A stretch of 64,000 nt of DNA from Octopus sinensis (GCF_006345805.1 NC_043012.1:13330001-13394000); one strand, 5' to 3'. Positions 38,661 to 52,029 are shown, counted from the first letter of the stretch. Translations and numbers: made by a program. Notes: generated from the letters alone by a model not told the origin.

Positions 38661-40205
38661 AGCACTATAATACATATGTATGTGTCCTTTTGTCTGTGTT
38701 TGTACCCCAAATACAGCTTTACAAGCAGTGTTGGTGTGTTTACGTCCCTGCAAATTAGGTTTGGCCAAAGAATTGAATAGAAATGCTCGGCTTTAAGAAA
38801 AATAATTAAGCCTGGAGGTCAATTTGTTCCACTAAAACCTTTCAAGGTGGTTCCCCAGTATATCAGCAGTAGAAATGAGTGAAAGAAGTAAAAGAATAAA
38901 ATAATAGATTGGATATGATTTGATAATTATATATAGAAGATTCCGAAAGTTTATAGAGGTACTCTGACTGATTTAATGAATTGGTGTAAAGGGCAATGAT
39001 AGATGTTATGTTATAATACGATTATGCGGTAGGTACAGCATTAGAATTTCATTAAAACCTGTAATTCTACTCCAATTTTTAATATAATCTCGATTCGACG
39101 AACACTTATCAATTTAATTTTTTAGAGAGGATTTGTTCCGAATGCCGATTATATTATTTATGTATGTATGAATGCATGTATATAAGTATAAATATTTTAT
39201 ATGTGTATGCATGCCACGATATGTTTCTGTGTTGAGTTTGTTTCCTGTAACTAGAAATTAGATAAAAGTTCTAGGAAATATATAGTACAGCTATAAGTAT
39301 GTATCATGTCGATAAGATCGATTAAAACGTTTGGGTACTGTTCCAACATTGCAACAATGTATTAGAACGACGGGTGATAGCAAAACACATAATGAGAAAG
39401 AAAATAACAATGTTGATAGTATTATTTTTTCTATTTTTTAATTCATAACGAACGATATTTTACATAAATTTTTAGATCTTGTAAAGCTGTGTAACACCAA
39501 ATTCAACTACTCATAAACAAATAATATTTAGTGTGTTAATACCTCCGATGTGTAACCGAGCAATAAATATAATCATATCGTGATGTTGCAAAATAGGAGA
39601 AACTATATATCTGTTTAAATTTGCATATCATGCAGCAAGTAAATATTAAATAATTATCTCAAAATCGTTTAAAAATATAATGATTGTTTAAATAAAAATA
39701 TTTTCAAATCAATTTTATTTGGTAATTCATAAGGTAAGAAAACTTCAGAAAACACACACGCAATTAAGCAATATAAAGCAATAGCAATCGTTTTGCTGCA
39801 AATTGGAAATGAAAATCAAAGCCATATTCTCGTAATTATCGATTATGTATATTATGTTTTAATTTGAAGCGTGTATAAGAGTTTTCTACTTCAACGATTG
39901 TTAGTTTGTGTTATATACATTTTCTGTTTAGAATTAAATTAATTTACACGCCTACATTCAGTTGTAAGGTAGTGTCGTTTTTTCAATAAGAAAAATGGCA
40001 GCAGCCTTGCAGAATCGTTTGCACCCTGCATAAAATGCTTAGCGCCATTTCATCCATCTTTATAAATTTCGATTGAAATTTCTCCGAGGCCAACTATGCT
40101 TTTCAATCATTCGAGACTGAGGAAATAAGTACCTGCTGAATGCTGAAAGCGATGTTATCGACTAACCTCCTTCTCCAAAATTTCAGGCCTTATGATCTCT
40201 ATGTA

Positions 40206-40243
<38 letters not shown>

Positions 40244-40257
40244 GTGTGTGTGTGTGT

Positions 40258-40294
<37 letters not shown>

Positions 40295-40356
40295 CTGTGT
40301 GTGTGTGTGTGTGTGTATGTGTGTGTGTGTGTGCGTGTGCGTGTGCACTCATATAC

Positions 40357-40420
<64 letters not shown>

Positions 40421-40816
40421 TATACCATTTTATATAGAAAGTGTTAGCATTGACAATACTCGGAAACAGGTTAGAATCGAAATGCTCAAATTCAGAGAAG
40501 TTCTAATTTATACGAATAGAAAACTAGAGGAACATGACCTATTTTCCAGTAGAATATTCGTATATATGTGTACTTTCTTCAACATGAATAAATCAATATA
40601 AAGTTCGAAATAATATTAGTATCAAAAGCATACAAGCATATAAACATATGAAAATTTCCTATTTAAAAACACGCGAATATTTAAAAATACGTAGGCATTT
40701 CAAAAATATATAAACACATAAATAGATATAAAAAACGTCAATTTGATATCAGACATAGTGAATTATAAATTCACACCATATGATAGAAAAAATGATATTA
40801 TATGTGTATATATATA

Positions 40817-40900
<84 letters not shown>

Positions 40901-41391
40901 TCTGTGTGTGCGCGCATGTGTATGTAAAACAATAGAAGTGTGCTTCAGTATGCCCACCTTTCATCACACTAGGTAAAAACATTTCGTTAATTCTGGAAAA
41001 TTAGTGGTTTTATAATGCATGCGTGTAAAAAGCGATCGTAAAATTTTTGTGTTAGTACAGAATTAAAGGCAACTGTTATTGTTAATGATGTAAATTGTGT
41101 ATATTATCAAAGGATTTCTAAATGCAGAAACACACTTGTTATTAAAATTGCTAACCGTGAAGAAGAGTGTAATTTGCAATGTCGGAGCATTTTAGATGGA
41201 TAAAATGACAGCAAAACCCTCAGTGATTCGCTACATGATGTTCATAATTACTCCACTTTGGTGAGAATCTGCTTTGCTTGTCATCCAGTATAATCCTCTT
41301 TTCCCTGGATACCTTTTACGCTAGGTATTTTTTAAAAACATTACATATAGTCTGACATTCATGAGAAATGTGCAAAATTTTCTTTTGCTCG

Positions 41392-42543
41392 TTATTTCTC
41401 AGAAGAGGCTGATAAAGCAATTATAATATAGAGTAGTAAGAATATAATAATTAGTAAGAAAAATATTTTATCAAGTTTCTGGTGGCTTAGAAAACATTTC
41501 TTAAAATAATTATTAGATTTTGTTTTTACAGTTTGCTCATTTGCACATTCTATAATCCCAATTTTATTCTTCGAATAGCTTGATTGTTGTGTTATTTCTG
41601 GTGATGATTCTATGTTGGTACCCCTCGGATGTGCATAGAGTTTAGATATAGCAACTGAAACGACAGTAGAGACTCCGCTCACAAATGTCAGAATCAGGAG
41701 ATATATTAGATACATAGATGCTTCACGAGACTTATTACCCAATATTTTCTCAGTTTCAGAAAGAAATACAATATTTGCAAGGAACACGGTAATTGCAACT
41801 GAAACCTTTTCTCCAGATTCAGGTGGTAAAAAATGAACAGAGAGTATCAATATTGTTAGCATTACTGGGGGTATTATTTTTGTTATTGTGGCGCTAGTAA
41901 CTTTTCTTTTGGCGTGAGCTACAACACCAGCCGCTGCGCTGGGCTTTCTTTTACGTTCACTCAATTCCAACCTAAAATCCCATTGACTGGATGTGGATTC
42001 TAACTGCGCAAAATGATTAAATTCACTGATAGCTGCAACCATAAATATTTGGTGATTGAAACAAACTAAAATATCACATTCGTGTTCATCAAAGGGATAT
42101 TTATTAACATTAATCCGGCAATAAGTTTGGAAATTTCTGTTTATAAACAAGAAAACGTTTCCGCTAGGTTGCAAAAAGATTTCTGTGTCCTCGTCAATTT
42201 TGAATCTATCCATTACGCCGTTACACATGTTTATGGTAGGGTGCCATATATATTTTAGTGCAAAACTTATGTAACTAATATTGTTTACCGATTCGTCCCA
42301 CTGAAGATTCATATCGTTCCATTGTAGTCCGAAAATCAGATCACTTGTCGCTACACCATTCAATATGTCAAATTCAATTATGTTTTTTATCACAAGTGTT
42401 ACATTTACTAATACAATATCATGATCGTTATCAACAGGTTTCTTCGTTTTATCATAATTTCTTAATAATTTGTATTTCAAGGCGTCCTTTTCCGAGGCAT
42501 CGCTTCCGATTAACACAAAAAATAAGACAATTAGCAATTGCAT
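41392..42543 (-). CDS. Cephalopod chemotactile receptor-like Cys-loop channel subunit, CR-C (383 aa)
   Basis: Single-exon ORF: signal peptide, WHPTINMCN, CRINVNKYPFDEHEC, LPPESGEKVSVAITVFLANIVF, four TM helices; no loop B Trp and no vicinal CC. Confidence 0.96.
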   Translation of the reverse strand: MQLLIVLFFVLIGSDASEKDALKYKLLRNYDKTKKPVDNDHDIVLVNVTLVIKNIIEFDILNGVATSDLIFGLQWNDMNLQWDESVNNISYISFALKYIWHPTINMCNGVMDRFKIDEDTEIFLQPSGNVFLFINRNFQTYCRINVNKYPFDEHECDILVCFNHQIFMVAAISEFNHFAQLESTSSQWDFRLELSERKRKPSAAAGVVAHAKRKVTSATITKIIPPVMLTILILSVHFLPPESGEKVSVAITVFLANIVFLSETEKILGNKSREASMYLIYLLILTFVSGVSTVVSVAISKLYAHPRGTNIESSPEITQQSSYSKNKIGIIECANEQTVKTKSNNYFKKCFLSHQKLDKIFFLLIIIFLLLYIIIALSASSEK

Positions 42544-43137
42544 TGCGATTAATCTATGGAATATTTATCCTATATCCTTTTTTGCGAATGCTTGACCTTT
42601 GAATAGATATCGTGATTTTGAAATATTTCCTCAAATTATGGATGTGAATAAAATTCGATTAAGAAATTGAAATAATAGTATATATATATATATATATACA
42701 TGTGTGTAGATACAACTGTATGAAAATATTTCAAAATACCTCGTGATTCCTTTATGCTGTGAGTATGAAATGCACACACATTATTTAACTTGTTAGCATT
42801 TGGTACCATGAAAGATTTTGAGTATCAGTTGGTCATGAGGCCTAAGACGCAATGGCATACGATGAAGTGATACTTTTTGTGAATTTTTATCTCTTTAATT
42901 ATAGTCTCTTATACTACCGAAATTTTATCACTAACTCTCTATAAATGATTCATCTTCTTCCCACGTTTCTTTCTTCTCTCTCGTTCTCATTGTATGTGTG
43001 TGTCTCTCTCTCTATGTGTAAAGATATATATAATGGAAACTACAGTTCAGTTCCACTATATATAGGCTATTTTCTGATTTCTCGATATTATTAATACAAA
43101 ATATGTATATATCTGTGTATATATAGTTACACACATG

Positions 43138-43186
<49 letters not shown>

Positions 43187-43199
43187 GTATGTTTGTGTT

Positions 43200-43240
<41 letters not shown>

Positions 43241-43243
43241 ATG

Positions 43244-43284
<41 letters not shown>

Positions 43285-43316
43285 ATGGGTATATATTATA
43301 CTTATATATATTTGCG

Positions 43317-43366
<50 letters not shown>

Positions 43367-43799
43367 TATATATGCATACACACACACACACAAACATATA
43401 TAAAGTAAATTTGCCACGTTCTGTCTAATATATAAGACACTATTTGGTAAATAATGAAATTAAGTGTTAGATTTCCCATAAGATTGACTCGGGAAAATAC
43501 ACTGGAATATACAATGCGCAGGTTTGGAAACAATGACTGGAGTTGATCGTTATAATTCAATAGCATACTATTGGAATAGATCGATTACAACAGAAAGGAG
43601 TTTAGCTCTAAAAGGATAATTCACAATCTCAAGGTTTGTTGTTCGATGTGAAAGTTAAGCTTCAATTGTCTTGACGTAATTTCCGGCTGACCGTTATTTG
43701 GGGGTTAGAATTATGAGTAAAGTATGCAACACTTGATCGTTTATGTCGGGAAATTTAGTATATTTTTATATAGTTAGATAGGTTTCAGCTAGATTTGGC

Positions 43800-44624
43800 C
43801 CACTCCGTGTAATATTATTTTATTCACTTACCTTTACATGTTTACATTTTTTATCGCTTTGGAATATCGTTCATTTGAAGAGATGCATCGAGCCAGACGT
43901 GTTTACCACTGTTGGAAAGATTGCTGGATCTCTTGCGAATTGATGCCTTTTAACGACTCTGTGGTTTTTTCATTATCTCATCCACATCTGCAAATTCTGT
44001 AGCACCAGCATTCGTTAGCAGAAATGACCTTCGGAAAAAGGTCAGGATTAATTTCCAACTGATCTTTCAATTCATGATACGCTTTCGGTCGTGACTGCTT
44101 TTCATTTGCAATTCCACGCTCAAAGTTCCTTGGAAGGAATTCTAGTAGACACCAGTCAAATCAACTGGTTCGTCATTTGTTCGGTGATGATCTTCCAATA
44201 TCAGTTCTTACATTTTCTTGATACTTTATTTCGTTTCAGAGGTCGACGGATGCTCTGAATGAGATTTGTCTTCAATTGACAAGGACCATTGCTAAAGCGT
44301 ACTAGCTACCCGAAAACATGTTTTGCGCATTACAGCGTCCTTGTAAGCATAACAACTGTTTTGGCCACCTTTGTTTCGAGCAGATAACATAATTTCACGG
44401 AATCACGCTGTTTTTCGTTTCAGCCATTGCAAAAATCGGCGAAGAGGGGACAAGCACTACAAAGCAAAGATGCACTACGTGTTAGCATGTATACACTTGA
44501 CGACGCCGATGGACTTAGTGATGCCTGATGGTCGCACCAAGTGGCTTCTAGAGACGCAAGTCTGAACCACAACGGGATGGTCCCACAGTGAATGTTTCCG
44601 GTTATGTTTGGGTATCCACTCGTA
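43800..44624 (-). mobile_element. Internally deleted mariner relic (copy 1)
   Basis: ELILEDHHRT...LFPKVISANECWCY (corresponds to ITGDESWCY); right end reverse-complements to TACGAGTGGATACCCAA. Homologous to 62302-63140. Left boundary approximate. Confidence 0.7.
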
Positions 44625-44763
44625 TATATATATATATACATGTGTGTGTGTTTGCGCGTGCGTTTTTCTGCGCGTATGTGCGTGCATCCGTGCGTACGTG
44701 TGTACGTGCAGGCGTGCGTGCCTTTGTGTGTGCGTGCGCGCGCGCGTGTGTGTGTGTGTTGTG

Positions 44764-45032
44764 CTCTTTTACTATTTTACTCTTTTACTAGTTTCAGTCA
44801 TTTGACTGCGGCCATGCTGGATTATAGCCTTTTAGTCGAGCAAATCGACCCCAGGACTTATTTTTTGTAAGCCTAATACTTATTCTAGTACCGAAAGAGA
44901 CCGATAGAATAAGTACTAGGCTTACAAAGAATAAGTCCTGGGCTCGATTTACTCGACTAAAGGTGGTGCTCCGGCATGGCCACTGTCAAATGACTAAAAC
45001 AAATAAAAGAGTAAAAGAGTATAGTAAAGAGT
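44764..45032. repeat. Fold-back of two SINE 3' segments (about 125-bp arms, 17-nt spacer)
   Basis: 44764-44887 is an imperfect inverted repeat of 44905-45032; both derive from the type 1 SINE tail. Confidence 0.85.
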
Positions 45033-45087
45033 ATATATATGAAAGGGTGCGGCATATACTGCAATTGTGAAGTGATTAGATAAGGGT

Positions 45088-45308
45088 AATGAGTTTATTT
45101 CTTTATTGCCCACAAGGGACTACACACAGAGGGGACAAACAAGGACAGACATCGATTCCAGTGCGTAACTGGTACTTAATTTATGGTCCCGAAAGGATGA
45201 AAGGCAAAGTCGACCTCGGCGGAATTTTAACTCAGAGCGTAACGGCAAACGAAATACCGCAAAGAATTTCGCCCGGCGTGCTAACGATTCTGCTAGCTCG
45301 CCGCCTTA
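45088..45308 (-). mobile_element. SINE (type 2: ...gtcgactttgcctttcatcctttcgggg...)
   Basis: Same body at 31905 (+), 54190 (-), 58177 (-) and a decayed copy at about 6520-6715. Confidence 0.75.
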
Positions 45309-47001
45309 ATGAGTTAAGTTCTATAGTTCTACATTTCTCTAGGGATATTTTGAGCTGTGATATGCACACTAAAGTTGATTTTTGCACCTAAAATTATTTT
45401 TTTGTTTTGTTTTTTTGAGCGGGTAGGCTTGGCGGATGGTCAATATACTATGCGTAAGTGAAGATTGATGAACCAGAGGAGAAGAAAAACGAAATGTAGA
45501 ATATTCATGATTTTGTTTTTGATCAAATTAAATTATCTAAAGTGAGCTAAATATCGATTCTACAAAACACAGCAATTAAATGCAGCAAATATTTACCTTT
45601 TCTATATATAAATACTCATTGTAGAATTACGAACAGTATACAAACGCAAATTTAAACATTCTCTCACGTTATGCTTCATCTACATTTAGATCTGCAGCTT
45701 TCACCAGTTTTCATCAATTTCACATAACACAGATGTCTTCACTAGACAGATGTATACCATATCGTTGTGGTTCCGCTGCTTCACAGTACTACTTGACCTA
45801 CTTTGCTTGGGGTGGAATCTGAAAGTCTAGAATGCAAAGTTATAGTCCTTTTTTCACGGAAGAGTGATGGCTTTTAGGGGACCTTTGGCCCTGTCAGGTG
45901 AATTAGAGTTCAGTGTGTGAGAGAAATGTTGAGTGCCGAGGAAGACAGATTAAGGAATCTGGGGGCTTGTCATGAGCGATACAGTAGAGTGAGAGGATGA
46001 AGGGCTGAGAAAGACAGATTAATGAATCTGGGAGCCTGTCGTGAGAGATGACAGCAGAGTGAGAGGATGGGGGGGGGGCTGAGGAAGACAGGCACATAGG
46101 ACTAAGCGGCGATAGAGAGAGTATTACAGCAAAGAGAGATTGGGGGTAGTGACAGAGCAAGAGGTTTTGGCAGTCGGTATTTGGAAGTCAAGGCGAGCGG
46201 TTGGATTTAGCGGTGAGGATTTGGTATTCAGGGCAAGCAGTTTAGCAGTTGGATTTAGCAGTGCTAAGAGAGATGAGGTACAATATGAGACATTGGCTAT
46301 TATAGCAGGAACTGAACGGTATGTGTTGTTGTATTAATATGTGAAGAGAAAGAAGGAAAAAGAATCGATGTATTGAAATGTAAAAGAAATGAGACAGTGA
46401 AAAGAACAATGTGAACTGTGTAAAGACATTGTGTAGAGAGTTGTGTTAAGGCAAAAGAGAACTGTGTAATGAACATTGAACTGTATAGGCTTTTAATATC
46501 CTTTGAACTGTAACTTTAGTGTGATTTGAAACAGAACTGTTGTCTCCGGACTGTTATATTGTATCTGCATGTTTAAATGCTTTGATCTGTGGTATACCTG
46601 TATGATGTATTGAGTTGTTGTTTAATTCGACGTGTCCTCTTTAAATGTATCTGATATGTATTTGATGTTGTAACAATTATGAAGTGTTATAAACTAGTAC
46701 GTTAAATGTGAGCTAATTGCCTTCTTTGTGTGTCTCTCGATTGCTTCTGTGTCTCTTCTTGCGGCTGCTGTTGTAGTTGTTGTTGTCTCTCTCTCTCCTC
46801 TCCGAGTTTCCGTGGCGAACATTCACTGATCGACCGAGCGACGGCAGGTGGTCCGTAACAATATAAATGTAGGCTATTTTATGAGGGCTGTGCAAATTCT
46901 ACTCTTTAATTTCAATCAGTTATTCCTTTCGTCTTCCCTTCGATTAATTTAATCTTCTACTTAATCAAATGCACTCTTAACCAAACTCAACTTACTATTC
47001 A

Positions 47002-47065
<64 letters not shown>

Positions 47066-47181
47066 CCGCTCAGACGAAGTAGACTCTCGGTTACGCGATG
47101 GATCCGTGTCCTCCACTCAGTTCTGTCCTGGGCAGCTTCTTTCAGAATGTCGTTCAGATAACATATATATATCTATATCTA

Positions 47182-47253
<72 letters not shown>

Positions 47254-47254
47254 A

Positions 47255-47332
<78 letters not shown>

Positions 47333-48108
47333 TTTATAAATTACATATGTATATTTATATATATGTATGTATGTATATATATATATTATATATATATATA
47401 TATACATTTTATACATTACATATATATATATATGTAATGTATAAAATGTATGGAAGGTGAGAAGTCGACAAAATTACTTTCACTTGTTTGAGAACACGTA
47501 AACATCATATTAGAGTTATACTATGGCTATATTATTATGGCATCGGACGTAATACCCTGAGGCTCGTGTGATTAAATGACTATATTCAACATTCAAAAGG
47601 TCTAACTTTATGTACATATATATTTCACACCCAAAAAGTTTATCGTTCAGCTTTTCTGGATTTTCAATTACACAGACAGCTTAAGTTACATTACTCTTAT
47701 AATTGATTACAATGTAGACTGGAAAATACATCTATATTGATAACTGTGTAGCCGAAAATTTCTAGGTTACTTTTTAGAGGGATCGAACATGTATCAACTT
47801 GACTGCAAAATATACGAGTTAAATGTATATTATTTTGTGGTCATCGCTATCATTAAATTGCATTATAGTAATTGATTGTCAACAAAGAAAATCGTTGTCA
47901 TTGTCTTTGCCTTTGTGACTGTATTATCTCCATGCAATTTACTCGTGTCAATCTCATGGGAGAATTACCACTTATATGTATTATCGACGTAACAATATAT
48001 TATACATTAAGGATAATGTGGTAATATTATATGTATATTTACTTAATGCTCACACGCATACACACATACAGTTACACACACATATATTCATACTTACATA
48101 CATAAATA

Positions 48109-48143
<35 letters not shown>

Positions 48144-48427
48144 GATATATTATTAATTTAAAACGTAGGCGTAAGATGCGTGATATATGGGCTGCTATCG
48201 AACACTAGTTTTTCAGTTCATCTGTCATTGCCTGAGGGAGATTTTTATCTCTCGTGGACGAAAATCCTCTACGACAACCACTTCGCCTCCCATAAAAGTC
48301 CCTTTGTTAAAATGGGAGAGTGAACAATGCCACGTCAGTTATAATTTTCGGCTATTTTCCGGTTTTTTTAATATACTTGTTTCAGTTATTAGACTGCGGC
48401 CACGCTAGGGCAGCGATTTTATTAATC

Positions 48428-48428
<1 letters not shown>

Positions 48429-48513
<85 letters not shown>
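48429..48513. repeat. (TAA)n microsatellite, 5' flank of the R4/Dong-like element
   Basis: Direct inspection; further (TAA)n tracts at 51983-52046 and 52565-52659. Confidence 0.95.
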
Positions 48514-48515
<2 letters not shown>

Positions 48516-51500
48516 TGCGTGTAAGATTTCTATCTTACACGCATACTTCACAGCAGTACTCTACCCAAAAAATGAAAATACAACAACACATACATATAAA
48601 ATATGGAAGGAAAATAATAGAGATTTAGACTTGGATACAGCAATGAACCCTAATAAATTAGCTAACGTACGAAGATACATTCTCAACACAAAAAAAATAT
48701 CAGAAATAGAAATAGAACACCTAAAAGAAGACATACACCAGGAAAATGTAGATAGAAGCCACACAACAATGCCCAATAATATAAACAGTGAAACTGTAAA
48801 ACACGAAGACAAACGCAACATTCCAACAAACACACGATGTAAACAACGCAGGGGAGCCTAATGATTATGATAATATAAAAAATAAAATAATCAAAGAACT
48901 GAAAACCACAGAGCTCAAAATGGACCACCGACCATACCTCCCAAGAATCAAAATAAACGAAATAACAACACCTATTATAAACAGCATAAACCTAGCCGTC
49001 ACTGAACTGATAGCCACTGAATCAAAAAAAAGTGATATCACTGAGCTAAATAACCTAATATACGCAGCAGCCACTGCAGCCACAAAAGAAGCTGGATACT
49101 CACCCAAACCCGCCCAAACAGGAGTACCACCACCCAAACAAACCCTGTGGATAAATAACATCCAAAGCAAAATTTAAAAAAATAGAAAAGACCTGTCGAT
49201 TCTTAATGAAATCAGCAAAGAATCAACGCTACTGAGCAACAAAAAGAGAACAAAAATACTCCGCAAATATAACATCACAGAAAAAGATCTGTCTGAAATA
49301 AAAGAAAAGCTGAAGCAAGATATCCTTGCCAAAGCACAAAGGATTCGCCGGTACAAGAAACGCCAACGCTTCTTTGAAGAAAACAAAAAGTTCAACTCCA
49401 ACCCCAAAAAGTTCTACCAAGAACTGGGCAAAAATAAAATAGAAGTCACTGCAGCACCAACGGCAGAAGAATTGGAAGAATTCTGGGGAGAAATATGGTC
49501 GGCGAACGAACCACCAAAAAAAAAGGAGTATCAAAATAACAAACTCGGCATCTGAACAAATTTGGACCCCCATAACAACTGAAGAGGTCACCCAGGCACT
49601 GCAAAGACTAAGCAATGGAAGGCACCTGGGCATGACAAGATCCCCAACTTCTGGTTGAAATATCTAACAGGAATGCAACAAAAAGCTGGCTGAAAACTTT
49701 AACAACGTACTAGCAGAGCCAGAGACAATGCCTGAATGGCTCACGAAGGGAAAACCATCTTAATTCCCAAATCAAATGAAACAGAAAAACCAGAAAACTA
49801 CAGACCAATAACCTGCCTCCCTACTATGTTCAAGGCATTTACTGCAGTGATATCACAAAGGCTGAACAAGCACCTGGACGAAAACAAACTGTTCCCAGAA
49901 GAGCAGAAAGGATGCCGCAAAGGCCATATGGCTGTAAAGATCAACTAATGATTAATAAAGCCATAACTGAAGACAGCCACAGAAAAAAGAAAGGCCTCAG
50001 TATGGCCTGGATTGACTACAAAAAGGCGTTTGATAGCATCCCCCACACATGGATCCTCGAAACACTAGCCATTAACAAAGTAGCACCAACAATCATAAAA
50101 TTCATAGAGCACTCTATGAATAAATGGCAACTAGTCCTACACCTCCAAACAAAAGAGGGACTCATGAAAACCAAAGACATCCCCATTAGAAGAGGAATAT
50201 TCCAGGGAGATACGCTCTCTCCACTCCTTTTCTGCTTGGCACTGTCACCTCTATCTGATATGCTAAATAGAACTGGATGCGGATATAAATGTTACGGCAA
50301 AACGATCAGCCACCTTTTATATATGGATGACCTAAAACTATACGCTGCAAATGACAAACAGCTGGAAAACACTATTAAAGACAGTTCATGGATTACCAAA
50401 GAAATAGATATGAAATTTGGATTAGAAAAATGCGCCAAAGTAACCATGAAAAGAGGAAAACTAGTTAAGAGTAACAACATCACACTAGTTGAAGCAAATG
50501 AAATAAAAGAATTAGACCAAAGCCAAACTTACAAATACTTAGGAATCCATGAACTAGATAAGACACAACACACACAATTGAAAGAGAAAATAAAAAAAGA
50601 ATATTATAGACGAGTTAGATCAATACTAAACACAGAGCTCAATGCTAAAAACAAGATAATAGGTATCAACACCTTAGCTGTCCCAGTTATAAGTTACAGC
50701 TACAATATCCTTAACTGGACACGAAATGAACTGACCAAAATAGACAGGAAAACAAGAAAAATAATGACAGGATCTAGGATGCATCACCCAAAATCTGACA
50801 TAGAAAGACTATATATACAACGTATAGAAGGTGGTAGAGGCCTTATACAGCTGGAAAACTACTATAAAATAACCACCATAGGACTGCAAAAATATCTACT
50901 TCAGAAGGAAGGAAAACTGATCCAGATAGCGGCAAATCACGAGCAAAACAAAAAACTGTTCTCAGTATTTAAGGAAGCTGACAAATACAAACAAGAAATC
51001 ATACCACCAAATAAATATGAAGAAGAAGAAGAAGATGAAGAAACAACAAAAGCTATAAAAAAAATGAAATCCAAACTAAAAATAGAACAGCAACGAACCA
51101 TGATAAAACGATGGCAAGAAAAGCCCCTTCATGGTAAATACTGGACTAAACTAAACGCAAAAGAAATAGACAAAGAAAAATCCCAGCAATGGTTGAGAAG
51201 CGCAGGACTCAAAGCAGAAACAGAGGGATTTTTAATTGCAGCACAAGACCAAAGCCTCCCCACCAGAAATTACCAAAAACATGTAATGAAAAGAAATATT
51301 ACAAGTAACTGCAGAATATGTGGAGATGGACAAGAAACAATAAATCATATTATCTCTAGCTGCCCAGTCCTGGCTAAGAAGGAATATATTCACAGACATG
51401 ACAGAGTTGGAACTTACATACATTGGAAGCTATGCCAACATTATGGAATAACAACAGAAAAAAGATGGTATAGGCACACACCAGAAAAGGTCACAGAAAA

Positions 51501-51979
51501 CGAGAAAGCAACAATACTCTGGGATATGCCGATACACACAGATAGAGAAATTAAGGCCAACAGACCAGATATAGTTGTCAGAGACCATGAAGAAAAAAAA
51601 TGCTTTCTAATTGATGTATCAGTACCGGCAGATGACAACGTGTCTCTAAAAGAAATGGAGAAACTCTCAAAATACAAAGACCTGGAAATAGAGGTAACTA
51701 GAATGTGGAATCTGAAAACAGAAACAATTCCTATCATAGTAGGTGCATTAGGCATGATAAAAAAATATTCAGACAAATACATAACAAAAACACCAGGACT
51801 TACATACACATATAACATACAGAAAATTGCACTACTAGGCACTGCACACATCCTACGCAGAACACTTTCCATACAATAACCATCAGAGCATCACAACAAA
51901 TCACAGCACATACCCAAGGCACACAGAGCTGCGCTCGGTAGTGAAGTGAAAGCACGCTATAAAAATAAAAATAAAACTA

Positions 51980-51983
<4 letters not shown>
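48514..51983 (+). mobile_element. R4/Dong-clade non-LTR retrotransposon, near full length, 5'-truncated within the ORF
   Basis: Single long ORF broken by indels: N-terminal ILHAYF...YKIWKE...NKLANVRRYI, RT, CCHC finger and C-terminal restriction-like endonuclease; short 3' UTR ending ...aaaactactga followed by (TAA)n; (TAA)n on both sides. Confidence 0.9.
49912..51879 (+). CDS. Open C-terminal part of the R4/Dong polyprotein (RT domains 2-7, thumb, CCHC, RLE); the listed Met is not the true start
   Basis: WIDYKKAFDSIPH, GIFQGDTLSPLLF, HLLYMDDLKLYA, YKYLG, CRICGDGQETINHIISSC (C-x2-C-x8-H-x4-C), RHD, RPDIVV...IDVSVP...EKLSKY. Confidence 0.9.
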   Translation: MPQRPYGCKDQLMINKAITEDSHRKKKGLSMAWIDYKKAFDSIPHTWILETLAINKVAPTIIKFIEHSMNKWQLVLHLQTKEGLMKTKDIPIRRGIFQGDTLSPLLFCLALSPLSDMLNRTGCGYKCYGKTISHLLYMDDLKLYAANDKQLENTIKDSSWITKEIDMKFGLEKCAKVTMKRGKLVKSNNITLVEANEIKELDQSQTYKYLGIHELDKTQHTQLKEKIKKEYYRRVRSILNTELNAKNKIIGINTLAVPVISYSYNILNWTRNELTKIDRKTRKIMTGSRMHHPKSDIERLYIQRIEGGRGLIQLENYYKITTIGLQKYLLQKEGKLIQIAANHEQNKKLFSVFKEADKYKQEIIPPNKYEEEEEDEETTKAIKKMKSKLKIEQQRTMIKRWQEKPLHGKYWTKLNAKEIDKEKSQQWLRSAGLKAETEGFLIAAQDQSLPTRNYQKHVMKRNITSNCRICGDGQETINHIISSCPVLAKKEYIHRHDRVGTYIHWKLCQHYGITTEKRWYRHTPEKVTENEKATILWDMPIHTDREIKANRPDIVVRDHEEKKCFLIDVSVPADDNVSLKEMEKLSKYKDLEIEVTRMWNLKTETIPIIVGALGMIKKYSDKYITKTPGLTYTYNIQKIALLGTAHILRRTLSIQ

Positions 51984-52029
<46 letters not shown>

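Noticed and set aside
45900-46330. Imperfect ~73-bp tandem repeat (two and a bit units) in a purine-rich block, possibly part of a LINE 5' region
   Set aside because: Too few units and no constant-repeat/unique-spacer pattern (not CRISPR-like); family not identifiable.
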